A DNA stretch of 64,000 bases from a virus. Lineage: Duplodnaviria > Caudoviricetes. Positions 19,052 to 27,927 of this stretch are shown here, in pieces. Position 1 is the stretch's first letter. Each line of letters starts with the position of its first letter. The notes beneath the pieces were generated by a model. It had not been told where the DNA came from and made no database searches. It saw nothing but the letters and a program-made list of their open reading frames with translations. The DNA lies in the IMG/VR virus record IMGVR_UViG_3300031993_006627, positions 64,001 to 128,000 of that record; one strand, given 5' to 3'. The position numbers and the translations under genes are program-made.

Positions 19052-20623
19052 AATATAGATCATATCAGACAAAGCATGCTGAAGCAAGCCGCTGACAAAG
19101 ATCATTCCAAATTATATAGGGATTCAGGCGATATACTTGAAGGCCCAACTGCATATATTCGTGGTGTGGGAGGAGCTGATGACAAATACAATGAAGAAGG
19201 CTGGGACAACTTTCAGAAGCAGACGGGTAACTGGCAGAGAATAGGTGCTACTCCTTACTCTTTTAGTCCTGATATAAATAAAAAGACCCCGGTTATCGAT
19301 TGGAAGCTGAGAACGCCAAAAGCAGGCGGCGGCACAACTGAATATAAAACAAGGACATTCCCAAATCAATCTATTAGTGCCAGAGTTGGCGCCTGGATGA
19401 TGAGTCCGTCTTTTCAATATCAACAACAGGCAGCAGGAGCTAATACAGCAGGATCAAATTCTGCACAAGGTGCGCAACAAAAACCAGGTCCTCTAAAAAT
19501 ATACACTGGCAGACCGGGTGAGCAACTGACGGAAGATATCATAAATGCCGCGAATGCTGGAAGAACACAATTTACTTTGCAGCCATTCACTAATGAGCAG
19601 CTAATGAGGATAATGACTCTTGATCCCAAGAATCGAAACTATATGAATGAGCTGTTGAGACATTACAGCCATATCCCATTAGAATCTTGGCATAAGGGAA
19701 ATCTGCAACTTGGCTCGCCAGAAGAGATCGAAGCATGGAAAAAGGATAAACCTCCTTTGGATAATAAAAATAACAACCAGAGTGGAACTTATTATTCAAC
19801 TCCTGGAACCATATCTTTGGATTCCACTGGTTTGTTCAACAGATATCTCGATGGATGGGGCAGTCAGGTTTATGATGGCAGATGGACTAATGCTTTATCC
19901 CAGGAAGCATATGCAGGGAATCTCATGACAAGCTCTCCTGTATTGGCAGGTCTGATAGGAGATACATATGGTCATGAGCTAGGGCACAGATATATGATGG
20001 GACAAACTAAAACCACCAAGGCAAACGGACCGATAAAACTAGAATATTCAAGGAAAGCCTTTAATCCTAAAAAGCCCGCGTCGTCTGACAATATTCCAGC
20101 TTTGATGAGCTCTGTGGACTTCAGGCCCCTTCCATTCGATGCACAGCAGTATGAGTGGCTGAAGAACAGAGCTATTCAAAGTTATGCTGTAAATGAGAAT
20201 GAAATGAATCAGGCGCTCACTAGCTTTAATCGTGGTCGATGGGCATTGAAGCAGGACATGATAAACAATCCGGATAATCCAAACTATAGGTATCTGGCGG
20301 AGAATTACCCTGGATTGATGGACAAGTTCAAGGCTCTGCCGGATTTCATTCCAGCCGGTAACGAAGGTATGAAACAGCTGGATAACGTGATGCAGCTTTT
20401 CATACAGAACCCTCAGTTGAAAGTTCTCATGCCGGAACAAGCGCGACTCGTCGGTTATTACCAGAATCTAAAGGCCGCTGTGGATAATGCGGATACTCCA
20501 CAGGAGAAGCAGTTTTTCCAGAACCTTATGAATCGTATGGTTTACAGCAAAGCGTTCCTGGCAAATAACCAGCAGAGCAAGCCTCATATCTCGTATGCTG
20601 ATGCCTATCGAGCGTATGCATAA
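19049..20623 (+). CDS. Putative capsid-delivered zincin-like metallopeptidase
   Basis: YGHELGHRY (HExxH) with downstream YAVNENE; leader MNIDHIRQSMLKQAA; AT-richer than neighbours. Confidence 0.55.
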   Translation: MNIDHIRQSMLKQAADKDHSKLYRDSGDILEGPTAYIRGVGGADDKYNEEGWDNFQKQTGNWQRIGATPYSFSPDINKKTPVIDWKLRTPKAGGGTTEYKTRTFPNQSISARVGAWMMSPSFQYQQQAAGANTAGSNSAQGAQQKPGPLKIYTGRPGEQLTEDIINAANAGRTQFTLQPFTNEQLMRIMTLDPKNRNYMNELLRHYSHIPLESWHKGNLQLGSPEEIEAWKKDKPPLDNKNNNQSGTYYSTPGTISLDSTGLFNRYLDGWGSQVYDGRWTNALSQEAYAGNLMTSSPVLAGLIGDTYGHELGHRYMMGQTKTTKANGPIKLEYSRKAFNPKKPASSDNIPALMSSVDFRPLPFDAQQYEWLKNRAIQSYAVNENEMNQALTSFNRGRWALKQDMINNPDNPNYRYLAENYPGLMDKFKALPDFIPAGNEGMKQLDNVMQLFIQNPQLKVLMPEQARLVGYYQNLKAAVDNADTPQEKQFFQNLMNRMVYSKAFLANNQQSKPHISYADAYRAYA

Positions 20624-20640
20624 CACCGTGTCCCTTATTC

Positions 20641-20688
20641 TATAGTAGAACGAGACGCGAGGGCTACATAAGAGGAGATACGAACATG
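20641..20688 (+). repeat. Promoter/RBS leader, copy 2
   Basis: Same blocks as 19001-19051. Confidence 0.75.
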
Positions 20689-23600
20689 CCAGAAGAACCT
20701 GTTACACCGATACAAGCAGCGAAAACCACGATGTCCACGATCCGGCTGGTGCCGGACAAGCCGAAAAAGACTGCTGCAGATTGGGTAAGGGATATGCGCA
20801 TGTCTCCTGAGGTCAATAAAACGACCGTAGGAGTCGATACAGCGTCTGTTACCGGTGATCTCCTCCTGGCGACTTCCAATAAGCTCCTCGGTATTTCCCG
20901 GCGCAAACTGGAGCCGGATCCGAAGGATTCCCTGGAGTTCCAGCGTTTTTATGGGCCAGCGGAGTACTTCGCAGAACACGTCATGCGCGACGGTAATAAG
21001 CTCGGCCGCAATATCCTTTGGAAAGCAACGAACCAGGGCAATCTGGATTTTATGCCGGTTGCCGCGCTGGACAAGCATATTTCCGATGTCTACTACGACA
21101 GCAAGCTCGCCCAGATGATCGACGGTTCCTCTCCGCTGGAAACAGTGGATGCTTCCTATAAGACCACCCGCATCGGTGAAGGCGGTGTCGGCGACCTGGA
21201 TTCTGCACCGGAAGAGATGCGCACGGTGCAGCCGTCGTTCCTCGGTTTTATAGATTCAATAAGGTCGCCTGAGAGTTTCCGAGTCGGCCTTGATGTCTAT
21301 ATGACTAAGAATGTTATGAAGGGTTCCGACGGAAAGCTCTACCAGAAGTTCATCAATGCTCACACTGGCAAGGAAGAACTGGTGGATTCCGAGACTATTG
21401 CGAAATCCATAGTAACAACGCCGGAAATCATGAAGACAAAGACTAAATCAGTCTTTGCGGTTGGCGGCCCGACTGGTGTTCGCATCGTTCCGCGCAAGGA
21501 TGTGGATTACTATCTACCCAGAGCGGATGAGGCCTATAGCCTTTCCTCGAATATGGTCACGATGCCATCGGCTGTCATTGGCATGCGTCTGCTGATGGGC
21601 TGCCTGCACCCGGAGACCAATGTGTTTGTGGCCAATGAGCGCAACATGGTGTCTATGGTGAAAGCCAGATACCTGACCGGGAAAGATCAGCGGATACCCG
21701 GTATGAACAAGGAGTACAATTCCCTCTGCTACGGCCTGCGGAATACGATCACCAAGTGCGTTCCCCAGGCAAAGTGGTTCAAAAAGATCGTCTTGCGCTC
21801 CGGTCGCGTGATTATCACCAGTTATGACCATAAATGGCCGGTGCTGGTTAAGGATGAGATGACTCTGGTCCAGGCAAGAGATCTTCGGGCCGGCGACACG
21901 GTGTTCCGTACCACTTTCAAAGACGTGCCGAATCGCCGGACGTTCCTGAACAAACACATCATCACCAGGGACGTTGCGTTTGTCCTCGGTCTGATCTGCC
22001 GGTCGGTCTATACGAATCATCCGGGATCCGTGGGCTTTTGCTACCCGATTGCAACTGATTTGCGTGTAAAAGAGGCAATTCAATACGTCTATAGAGATCT
22101 CACTCCCAAGCAGTTCCATATCACGAAGAAAGACGGTTTCCGGTACATGACAATCAAATGCCAGGGGCTTTATGATTTCGTGAAGCAAAACATTGGTTTC
22201 AAACCAGAGGAACGCCGGATCCCGTCCGAAATCCTCAGCGGCTACGCAGATGTCGCTGCAGAGTTCATCAACGGTTATACCTCGGATGAGACGAAGGTCG
22301 GCATCGACTGCAACGAGGATATCTGGGTGCTGTTTATCCCGAATATGGATTTCCGGGATCAGCTGGCGTTCCTGTTTGCCCGTATGGGTACTGATACGCT
22401 GTACCGGGATGCCTCCCAGAATGGTGAACTGCAGATCGCTCTCAAGATCAATGACCAACCCAGAGTTTTCCATGATATGTACCAAGACACTGTGAAATAT
22501 GTCTGGGAAGGCCCGAAGTGTCCGATCATGGTGGACATCGACATCAATGACAACATGTATGCAGTTGCCAATGGCATCGTGACGCACAACTCGAAGTATC
22601 CTCTGCAGGCTGTCTCTCTGGAGCAACGCGAAGCTCCTCTGGTCCGTACACTGGACGAAGCCTCCGGAAAAGATATGGCGCAGATCGCCGGTAAGTTCCT
22701 CGGTGCCAGGTTTGCCCCGAAGGGTGGTATCGTCAGTGCAGTCCGCAAGGATAGAATCGATGTCATCTGGGATGATGGTTCGAAGGGTGCAGTTCCCCTC
22801 TATGTAAACTTCCCGATGAATGCCAAGGGCTACATCAATAATACGCCGGTGGTGAAGGCCGGCCAGTCGTTCAGTAAGGGTGACTGTCTCGCGGCCTCCA
22901 ATTACACAGACAAGACAGGCACTGCAGCACTCGGCATCAATCTCCGCACCGGTTGGATTTCCTGGAAGGGCGGTACCTACGAGGATGCCGTTGTGATCTC
23001 GGAAGAAGCGGCCAAGAAGCTCACCAGCACGACGATGTACAACACATCAGTTGATCTGGATAAGACTGTTTCCCTGGGCAAGCACAATTACATCACCTGG
23101 AAGCCGGCGGAGTACACCAAAGAACAGATGCAGCAGCTGGACGACAACGGAATTGTCAAGCCAGGCACGGTACTTCACAAGGGCGACCCGATGATCCTCG
23201 CCATCCGTACTAGCGAACCTTCACCTGGTACGATGGGAAAGCGTATCTTGACCGATCTTTCGGAGACCTGGGACCACGATCATGCTGGTGTTGTGACTGA
23301 TGTGGTCAAGACCCGCAAGGGTGTCAAGGTTTATACCACCGTGACTGCGCCGGCGGAAGTCGGGGACAAGATCGCCGGCCTGCATGGCAACAAGGGCACG
23401 ATTGCCCAGATCCTGCCGGCCGACCAGATGCCACAGACACAGAACGGTACACCGCTGGATATTTGCTTCAGCCCGCTGGGTATCACCAGCCGTAACAATA
23501 CGGCGCAGCTCTATGAAGCACTGCTGGCAAAGGTTGCCAAGAAGACCGGCAAGACACAGGTTGTCCCGGCGTTCTACGACGGGGATCTCTACGAGTACGT

Positions 23601-26600
23601 CCAGAGCAAGCTGAAAGAAGCTCGTGTACACGCAGATGAAGACTTGGTGGATCCGGAGACAGGCCGCACGATTCCGAATATCCTGACCGGCTACATCTAT
23701 ACACACAAGCTGAAACATCTGGCTGAATCCAAGATGTCGGCCCGTGGCACCGGCGAATACGCTGCGGATGAGACACCGGCTGGTTCTGGCGAGACAAAGG
23801 CGAAGCGTTTTGGGTCGCTCGAAATTGGCGCGATGGTGGGCCATTCTGCTTTCGAGAACCTGCGCGATGCAAAGCTGCTCAGGGGACAGTCAAATGCCGA
23901 CTTCTGGCGGTCTATCAGAACCGGCAACATCCCGACGATGCCGGGCGAGCCTCTCGTCCACAAGAAGTTTTTCGCCCATCTGATTGGCTCAGGCGTGAAT
24001 GTCCGGAAGAGTCAGCAAGGCGTGAGCGCGTTTGCTCTCTCCAGTGACGATGTGGAAGAACTTACCGGCCCCCGCGAGTTGAAGACCCGTGATACCTACG
24101 AAACACGTAATTTTCGACCCATCGACGGCGGTCTGTTCGGCCAGGACATCTTCGGCATCAATGGAGACAAGTGGGCATATATCAAACTCGACGAACCGGT
24201 TCCGAATCCTGTAATGGAAGAGCCTCTCGCCCGTTTGCTCCGAATGCCGGACAAGACATTCATTGGTGTTGCGACAGGCAAGACGGAGTACAACGGAATC
24301 CGTGGACCGCTGCAGCTGAAGGATGCGTTGGCAAACATCAATCTGGAAACCGAAGCCAAGAATGCTCTCCAGGAACTCAAGAATGCTCCAGTGTCCAAGA
24401 AGGATGCCGCGCTGAAGCGCTATGTCGCCATCGAACGCATGCGCCGGCTCGGTGTCAGCCCGGATAAGTATATGCTGGACAAGATCCCGGTACTGCCTCC
24501 GCAATATCGTCCGATCAGCACGCACAACGGTCTCACGATGGTTGCTGACAGCAATTATCTGTATGCCCAGCTGCTGGATGCAAGGGATGATGTCCGGGAA
24601 GCACGGGATCTACCAGAAGAATATCAGCAGCAGGCACGCGAGACGCTGTACAAAAACTGGAAAGAGCTGACCGGTCTGTACGAACCGGAGAACAAGGCGT
24701 TCAAAGCAAAACATATCCAGGGACTTCTGAAGTGGGCATTGGGTGACAGCCCGAAGTTCTCGGCCGCGCAGCGGAAGATCATCGGTATCGGTGTCGATAC
24801 TGTGGGCCGTGGTGTCATTACCCCGAACCCACGTATCAAGCTGAACCAGGTTGGTCTTCCGGAAGATATGGCGTTCGGTATCTTCTCACCACTGGTGGAA
24901 CGTGCTCTTGTGCAGCGCGGCTACACCCCGGTGGACGCCATCAAGCAGGTGCACGATAAAACGAACCAGGCTCGTGAGATTCTACTGAAGGTCATGGAAA
25001 CACACCCCGTGCTTATGAACCGTGCACCTACGCTGCACAAGCTGTCGATCATGGCGTTTAATCCGGTACTTGTCAGCGGTCATGCTCTGCAGATCAATCC
25101 GAGTATCGTTGTTCCATTCGGTGCTGACTTCGACGGCAACTGTGTTGATTACGACAGCGAGATTTTCTTGAAAATATCAAAGTCTCAACACAATATTTCC
25201 ACTGCTGATTTCGTTAATTGTGTATCAAACCACAAAAATAGAAAGGATACACAAGACATGAAAACAACAGCTGAATCCCTCGTAACCTACTGGAGCGACG
25301 CAGAGAATGACTATCTGGTGATGAAGATCGGGGATCTTCCCCGTCTCGGAAACCCCATGAAGGACAAGAACGGCGCCGATTGCTATCAGGTTCCTGAAGG
25401 TCTCGAAGTCCTTACATGCAATCCGTCTACTGGAACGGCTGAATGGCAGGCAATCAATATGCTGACAGTGGAAGAAGACTGTGATACTGTCAAGATGAAA
25501 TTGGGCGCGAGGGATGTGATTCTGTCTACAAACGAGTCCGTTGCCGTCTTCGACCATGGGACCGGGTTGCTGACTAAAGTTACCCCAGAGACCGCGTATG
25601 CCGAGAAAGCAATGATTCCTGTGTTCAAGCAGAATCCTCTTCCATTCGGGACATATGCAGAACGGGATCTTGGCTGGCTTTTCGGTGCTTTTATCTCGGA
25701 CGGCTGGATGACTGATCGTACTATTGGTTATTGCAAGCTGGAGAAGGCGAAGAGGGATGAGTTCGTATCTATCCTGCGCCGCTACCACGATAACTTCACG
25801 GTGTACCAATACGATGAGGATGGCAAAGCAAACAAGTGCAAACTCGGAAAGTCGGCTAAGATTCACATAAACAGTAAAACAGCTGTTGATTGGCTCAGCC
25901 AGTGGAAGTTTGTGGACGAGGAAGCCAAAGCAAAGAACCCAGATAAACGTACTGCGTTGTTCAAGCACGTTCCGGAACATTTGATTACTTATGGCAGTGA
26001 AGAGTTCCTTTGGGGGCTGTTCTGCGGTCTGATCGACGGGGATGGTAGTCTGGTTAAGAATATGTCCACGGGCAAACCTCGTTTTACCTGCAGATTTTCT
26101 ACCTCAAGTGTAAAATTGAAAGATGACATCTGTCAGCTCTGTTACAGGCTCGGTCTGCGCTACTCTGTGACCGAGATTCCTCCGCGCAACTTCTCGAATA
26201 CAGCGTATGTTGTATTTCCTTCTACGACAGATCTTTTCAGCAAGTTGGACAAGATTCAGCTGATTGGGGAAAGAGAAAAAGCCGTTTTGGAAGAGTGGAG
26301 ACAAAGTGAACCAAGTTTGGACAGGAACGACATTGTTCCTATAACAGAGTTCGAATGGGATTGCATAAAGTCCTATCCGGAAATCATGTCCGACAAAGGT
26401 TTGTACAGCGCAGCCAGTAAGTCCAGAAAGATAGGAAGACGTGCTTGTCGCGAAGTCCTGTATCGTCATCTGGATATATTGAAATGCGCTGCACCATCGT
26501 TACTGCGCAGAGTTCTTAATACAGACACAATATGGATGACCATCGACAGCTTGGATCCGACCGGTAAGCGTCAGGTGTTTGATCTTGAGGTACAGGACAC

Positions 26601-26910
26601 GAAGGTGTTCGCTGTTAACAACGGCATCATCATCTGGGACACGGTCAATATCCATGCTCCAGTCAGTGACAACGCTCGCGAGGAAGCCCGTCGTCGCATG
26701 TTCCCGGAGCGCAACCTGATAGCCATGAAGAATCGGCAGATCGCTTATAAGCCGGAAAAGGAATACACGCAAGGGCTTTATACCGCGAGTCGCATTAACG
26801 ACAAGTCCACAGTACGCCCCATCTTATTTAAGGATCTGGCTGAAGCTCGTGCGGCCTATCGTCAAGGTCTTATCAACATTGACGACCCCATTGACATCCA
26901 GACAATATAA
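20686..26910 (+). CDS. rpoBC: Phage RNA polymerase beta(C-terminal)-beta'(N-terminal) fusion with two inteins
   Basis: Beta motifs: Rif cluster LAQMIDGSSPL, YEDAVVISE, GDKIAGLHGNKG, PLGITSRNN, FGSLEIGA; beta' motifs: GGLFGQDIFG, IPVLPPQYRP, MNRAPTLHKLSIMAF, GADFDG. Confidence 0.93.
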   Translation: MPEEPVTPIQAAKTTMSTIRLVPDKPKKTAADWVRDMRMSPEVNKTTVGVDTASVTGDLLLATSNKLLGISRRKLEPDPKDSLEFQRFYGPAEYFAEHVMRDGNKLGRNILWKATNQGNLDFMPVAALDKHISDVYYDSKLAQMIDGSSPLETVDASYKTTRIGEGGVGDLDSAPEEMRTVQPSFLGFIDSIRSPESFRVGLDVYMTKNVMKGSDGKLYQKFINAHTGKEELVDSETIAKSIVTTPEIMKTKTKSVFAVGGPTGVRIVPRKDVDYYLPRADEAYSLSSNMVTMPSAVIGMRLLMGCLHPETNVFVANERNMVSMVKARYLTGKDQRIPGMNKEYNSLCYGLRNTITKCVPQAKWFKKIVLRSGRVIITSYDHKWPVLVKDEMTLVQARDLRAGDTVFRTTFKDVPNRRTFLNKHIITRDVAFVLGLICRSVYTNHPGSVGFCYPIATDLRVKEAIQYVYRDLTPKQFHITKKDGFRYMTIKCQGLYDFVKQNIGFKPEERRIPSEILSGYADVAAEFINGYTSDETKVGIDCNEDIWVLFIPNMDFRDQLAFLFARMGTDTLYRDASQNGELQIALKINDQPRVFHDMYQDTVKYVWEGPKCPIMVDIDINDNMYAVANGIVTHNSKYPLQAVSLEQREAPLVRTLDEASGKDMAQIAGKFLGARFAPKGGIVSAVRKDRIDVIWDDGSKGAVPLYVNFPMNAKGYINNTPVVKAGQSFSKGDCLAASNYTDKTGTAALGINLRTGWISWKGGTYEDAVVISEEAAKKLTSTTMYNTSVDLDKTVSLGKHNYITWKPAEYTKEQMQQLDDNGIVKPGTVLHKGDPMILAIRTSEPSPGTMGKRILTDLSETWDHDHAGVVTDVVKTRKGVKVYTTVTAPAEVGDKIAGLHGNKGTIAQILPADQMPQTQNGTPLDICFSPLGITSRNNTAQLYEALLAKVAKKTGKTQVVPAFYDGDLYEYVQSKLKEARVHADEDLVDPETGRTIPNILTGYIYTHKLKHLAESKMSARGTGEYAADETPAGSGETKAKRFGSLEIGAMVGHSAFENLRDAKLLRGQSNADFWRSIRTGNIPTMPGEPLVHKKFFAHLIGSGVNVRKSQQGVSAFALSSDDVEELTGPRELKTRDTYETRNFRPIDGGLFGQDIFGINGDKWAYIKLDEPVPNPVMEEPLARLLRMPDKTFIGVATGKTEYNGIRGPLQLKDALANINLETEAKNALQELKNAPVSKKDAALKRYVAIERMRRLGVSPDKYMLDKIPVLPPQYRPISTHNGLTMVADSNYLYAQLLDARDDVREARDLPEEYQQQARETLYKNWKELTGLYEPENKAFKAKHIQGLLKWALGDSPKFSAAQRKIIGIGVDTVGRGVITPNPRIKLNQVGLPEDMAFGIFSPLVERALVQRGYTPVDAIKQVHDKTNQAREILLKVMETHPVLMNRAPTLHKLSIMAFNPVLVSGHALQINPSIVVPFGADFDGNCVDYDSEIFLKISKSQHNISTADFVNCVSNHKNRKDTQDMKTTAESLVTYWSDAENDYLVMKIGDLPRLGNPMKDKNGADCYQVPEGLEVLTCNPSTGTAEWQAINMLTVEEDCDTVKMKLGARDVILSTNESVAVFDHGTGLLTKVTPETAYAEKAMIPVFKQNPLPFGTYAERDLGWLFGAFISDGWMTDRTIGYCKLEKAKRDEFVSILRRYHDNFTVYQYDEDGKANKCKLGKSAKIHINSKTAVDWLSQWKFVDEEAKAKNPDKRTALFKHVPEHLITYGSEEFLWGLFCGLIDGDGSLVKNMSTGKPRFTCRFSTSSVKLKDDICQLCYRLGLRYSVTEIPPRNFSNTAYVVFPSTTDLFSKLDKIQLIGEREKAVLEEWRQSEPSLDRNDIVPITEFEWDCIKSYPEIMSDKGLYSAASKSRKIGRRACREVLYRHLDILKCAAPSLLRRVLNTDTIWMTIDSLDPTGKRQVFDLEVQDTKVFAVNNGIIIWDTVNIHAPVSDNAREEARRRMFPERNLIAMKNRQIAYKPEKEYTQGLYTASRINDKSTVRPILFKDLAEARAAYRQGLINIDDPIDIQTI
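21601..22590 (+). mobile_element. Intein 1 (330 aa, degenerate LAGLIDADG domain) in the beta moiety
   Basis: RLLMG|CLHPET...ITSYDHKW...ANGIVTHN|SKYPLQAV; splicing restores a segment matching RpoB RALMGANMQRQAV. Confidence 0.9.
25141..26640 (+). mobile_element. Intein 2 (500 aa, LAGLIDADG) in the beta' catalytic motif, with non-canonical C-terminal Trp-Asp
   Basis: GADFDGN|CVDYDSE...LFGAFISDG...LFCGLIDGDG...VFDLEVQDTKVFAVNNGIIIWD|TVNIHAP. Confidence 0.85.
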
Positions 26911-26948
26911 CGTAAAGCAAACAACCAGATTCAAATATAGGAGTCAAC

Positions 26949-27926
26949 ATGAACTACTATCAAAGACAGCCGATGTGGCCGCTCAATAAACGCGCAGTTG
27001 CGATCCTCACACCCGAAGCGATGCAGGCAGCTATGCAGCCGCCCCCACAGGACCCCTCGATGATGGGTGGTGCTCCTATGGATCCTTCCATGACCGGCGG
27101 TCAACCTCCGATGGACCCCGCGATGGCCGGTGGCGCTCCAATGCCTCCTCCGCAGGGTGCTCCGATGGATCCCTCTATGATGGGCGGTCAGCCCCCGATG
27201 CCTCCGCAAGGTGCGCCGGCCGGTGGTCTTCCTCCTGAAGCATTGCAGGACCAGATGTTCCTGCAGTTCCTTGCCGAGGCTTTCGGCATCATGCTTGATC
27301 CTCGTTCCGGCCAGTTCTTCGATCAGAACGGTCAGCCGGTTCCTCCCGAACTTCTGGCTCAGGCTTTCCAAGCCTATATGCAGGCGATGCAGCAACTTCA
27401 GATGCAGGGAGGCGGTGCCCCGATGCCTCCGCAGGGTGCTCCGATGGATCCGGCCGCCATGGGTGGTGCGCCGATGCCGCCTCCTGGCGAGATGCCTCCG
27501 ATGGATCCCGGCATGGCCGGTGGTCAGCCCCCGATGGATCCTGCAATGGCCGGCGGCGATCCTGGTATGATGGCTCCTCCGCCGGAAGGTGGCGAGCAGC
27601 CAATGGATCCCATGATGGCGGATTTCGCCAGCATGATCGTCAGCGCCATGGAAGATACCGTCGTCACTCCTCTGAAAGAAGAACTGTCGAACCTCATGAA
27701 GCAGTTCAACGATCTGAAGGAAATGATGAAGACCATGCGGGACGACATGGGCACCATCCGTACTGATGTTGATGCCCAGGAATCCAGAGCGGATGAATCT
27801 TCCATGCTTCGTTCCCAGCTTGCTGAGGAACTCGAACCGACCGTTGAACCAGAGCCGGAAGCTCCGCAGGAAAAACAGGCAGCTCTCCGTCCACTGAACA
27901 TTCTTGACATTCTTGGGAGCAAGTAA
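26949..27926 (+). CDS. Pro/Met/Gly-repeat low-complexity virion protein
   Basis: Multiple PMDP(S/A)M(M/A/T)GG repeats; NKRA near the N-terminus and EKQAA near the C-terminus; C-terminal coiled coil. Confidence 0.7.
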   Translation: MNYYQRQPMWPLNKRAVAILTPEAMQAAMQPPPQDPSMMGGAPMDPSMTGGQPPMDPAMAGGAPMPPPQGAPMDPSMMGGQPPMPPQGAPAGGLPPEALQDQMFLQFLAEAFGIMLDPRSGQFFDQNGQPVPPELLAQAFQAYMQAMQQLQMQGGGAPMPPQGAPMDPAAMGGAPMPPPGEMPPMDPGMAGGQPPMDPAMAGGDPGMMAPPPEGGEQPMDPMMADFASMIVSAMEDTVVTPLKEELSNLMKQFNDLKEMMKTMRDDMGTIRTDVDAQESRADESSMLRSQLAEELEPTVEPEPEAPQEKQAALRPLNILDILGSK

Positions 27927-27927
27927 C

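Noticed and set aside
14889-20686. Intron or split intein joining beta-N to beta-C
   Set aside because: No Hint motifs at either terminus; the gap holds ordinary genes with their own SDs and terminators, and the downstream fragment has its own leader.
21601-22590. Active homing endonuclease in intein 1
   Set aside because: Both LAGLIDADG helices are degenerate (VLGLICRS, FINGYTSDE); probably splicing-only.
27030-27620. CRISPR-like or non-coding tandem repeat
   Set aside because: Repeats are degenerate at third codon positions and encode PMDP peptides; there is no constant repeat-spacer structure and no cas genes.
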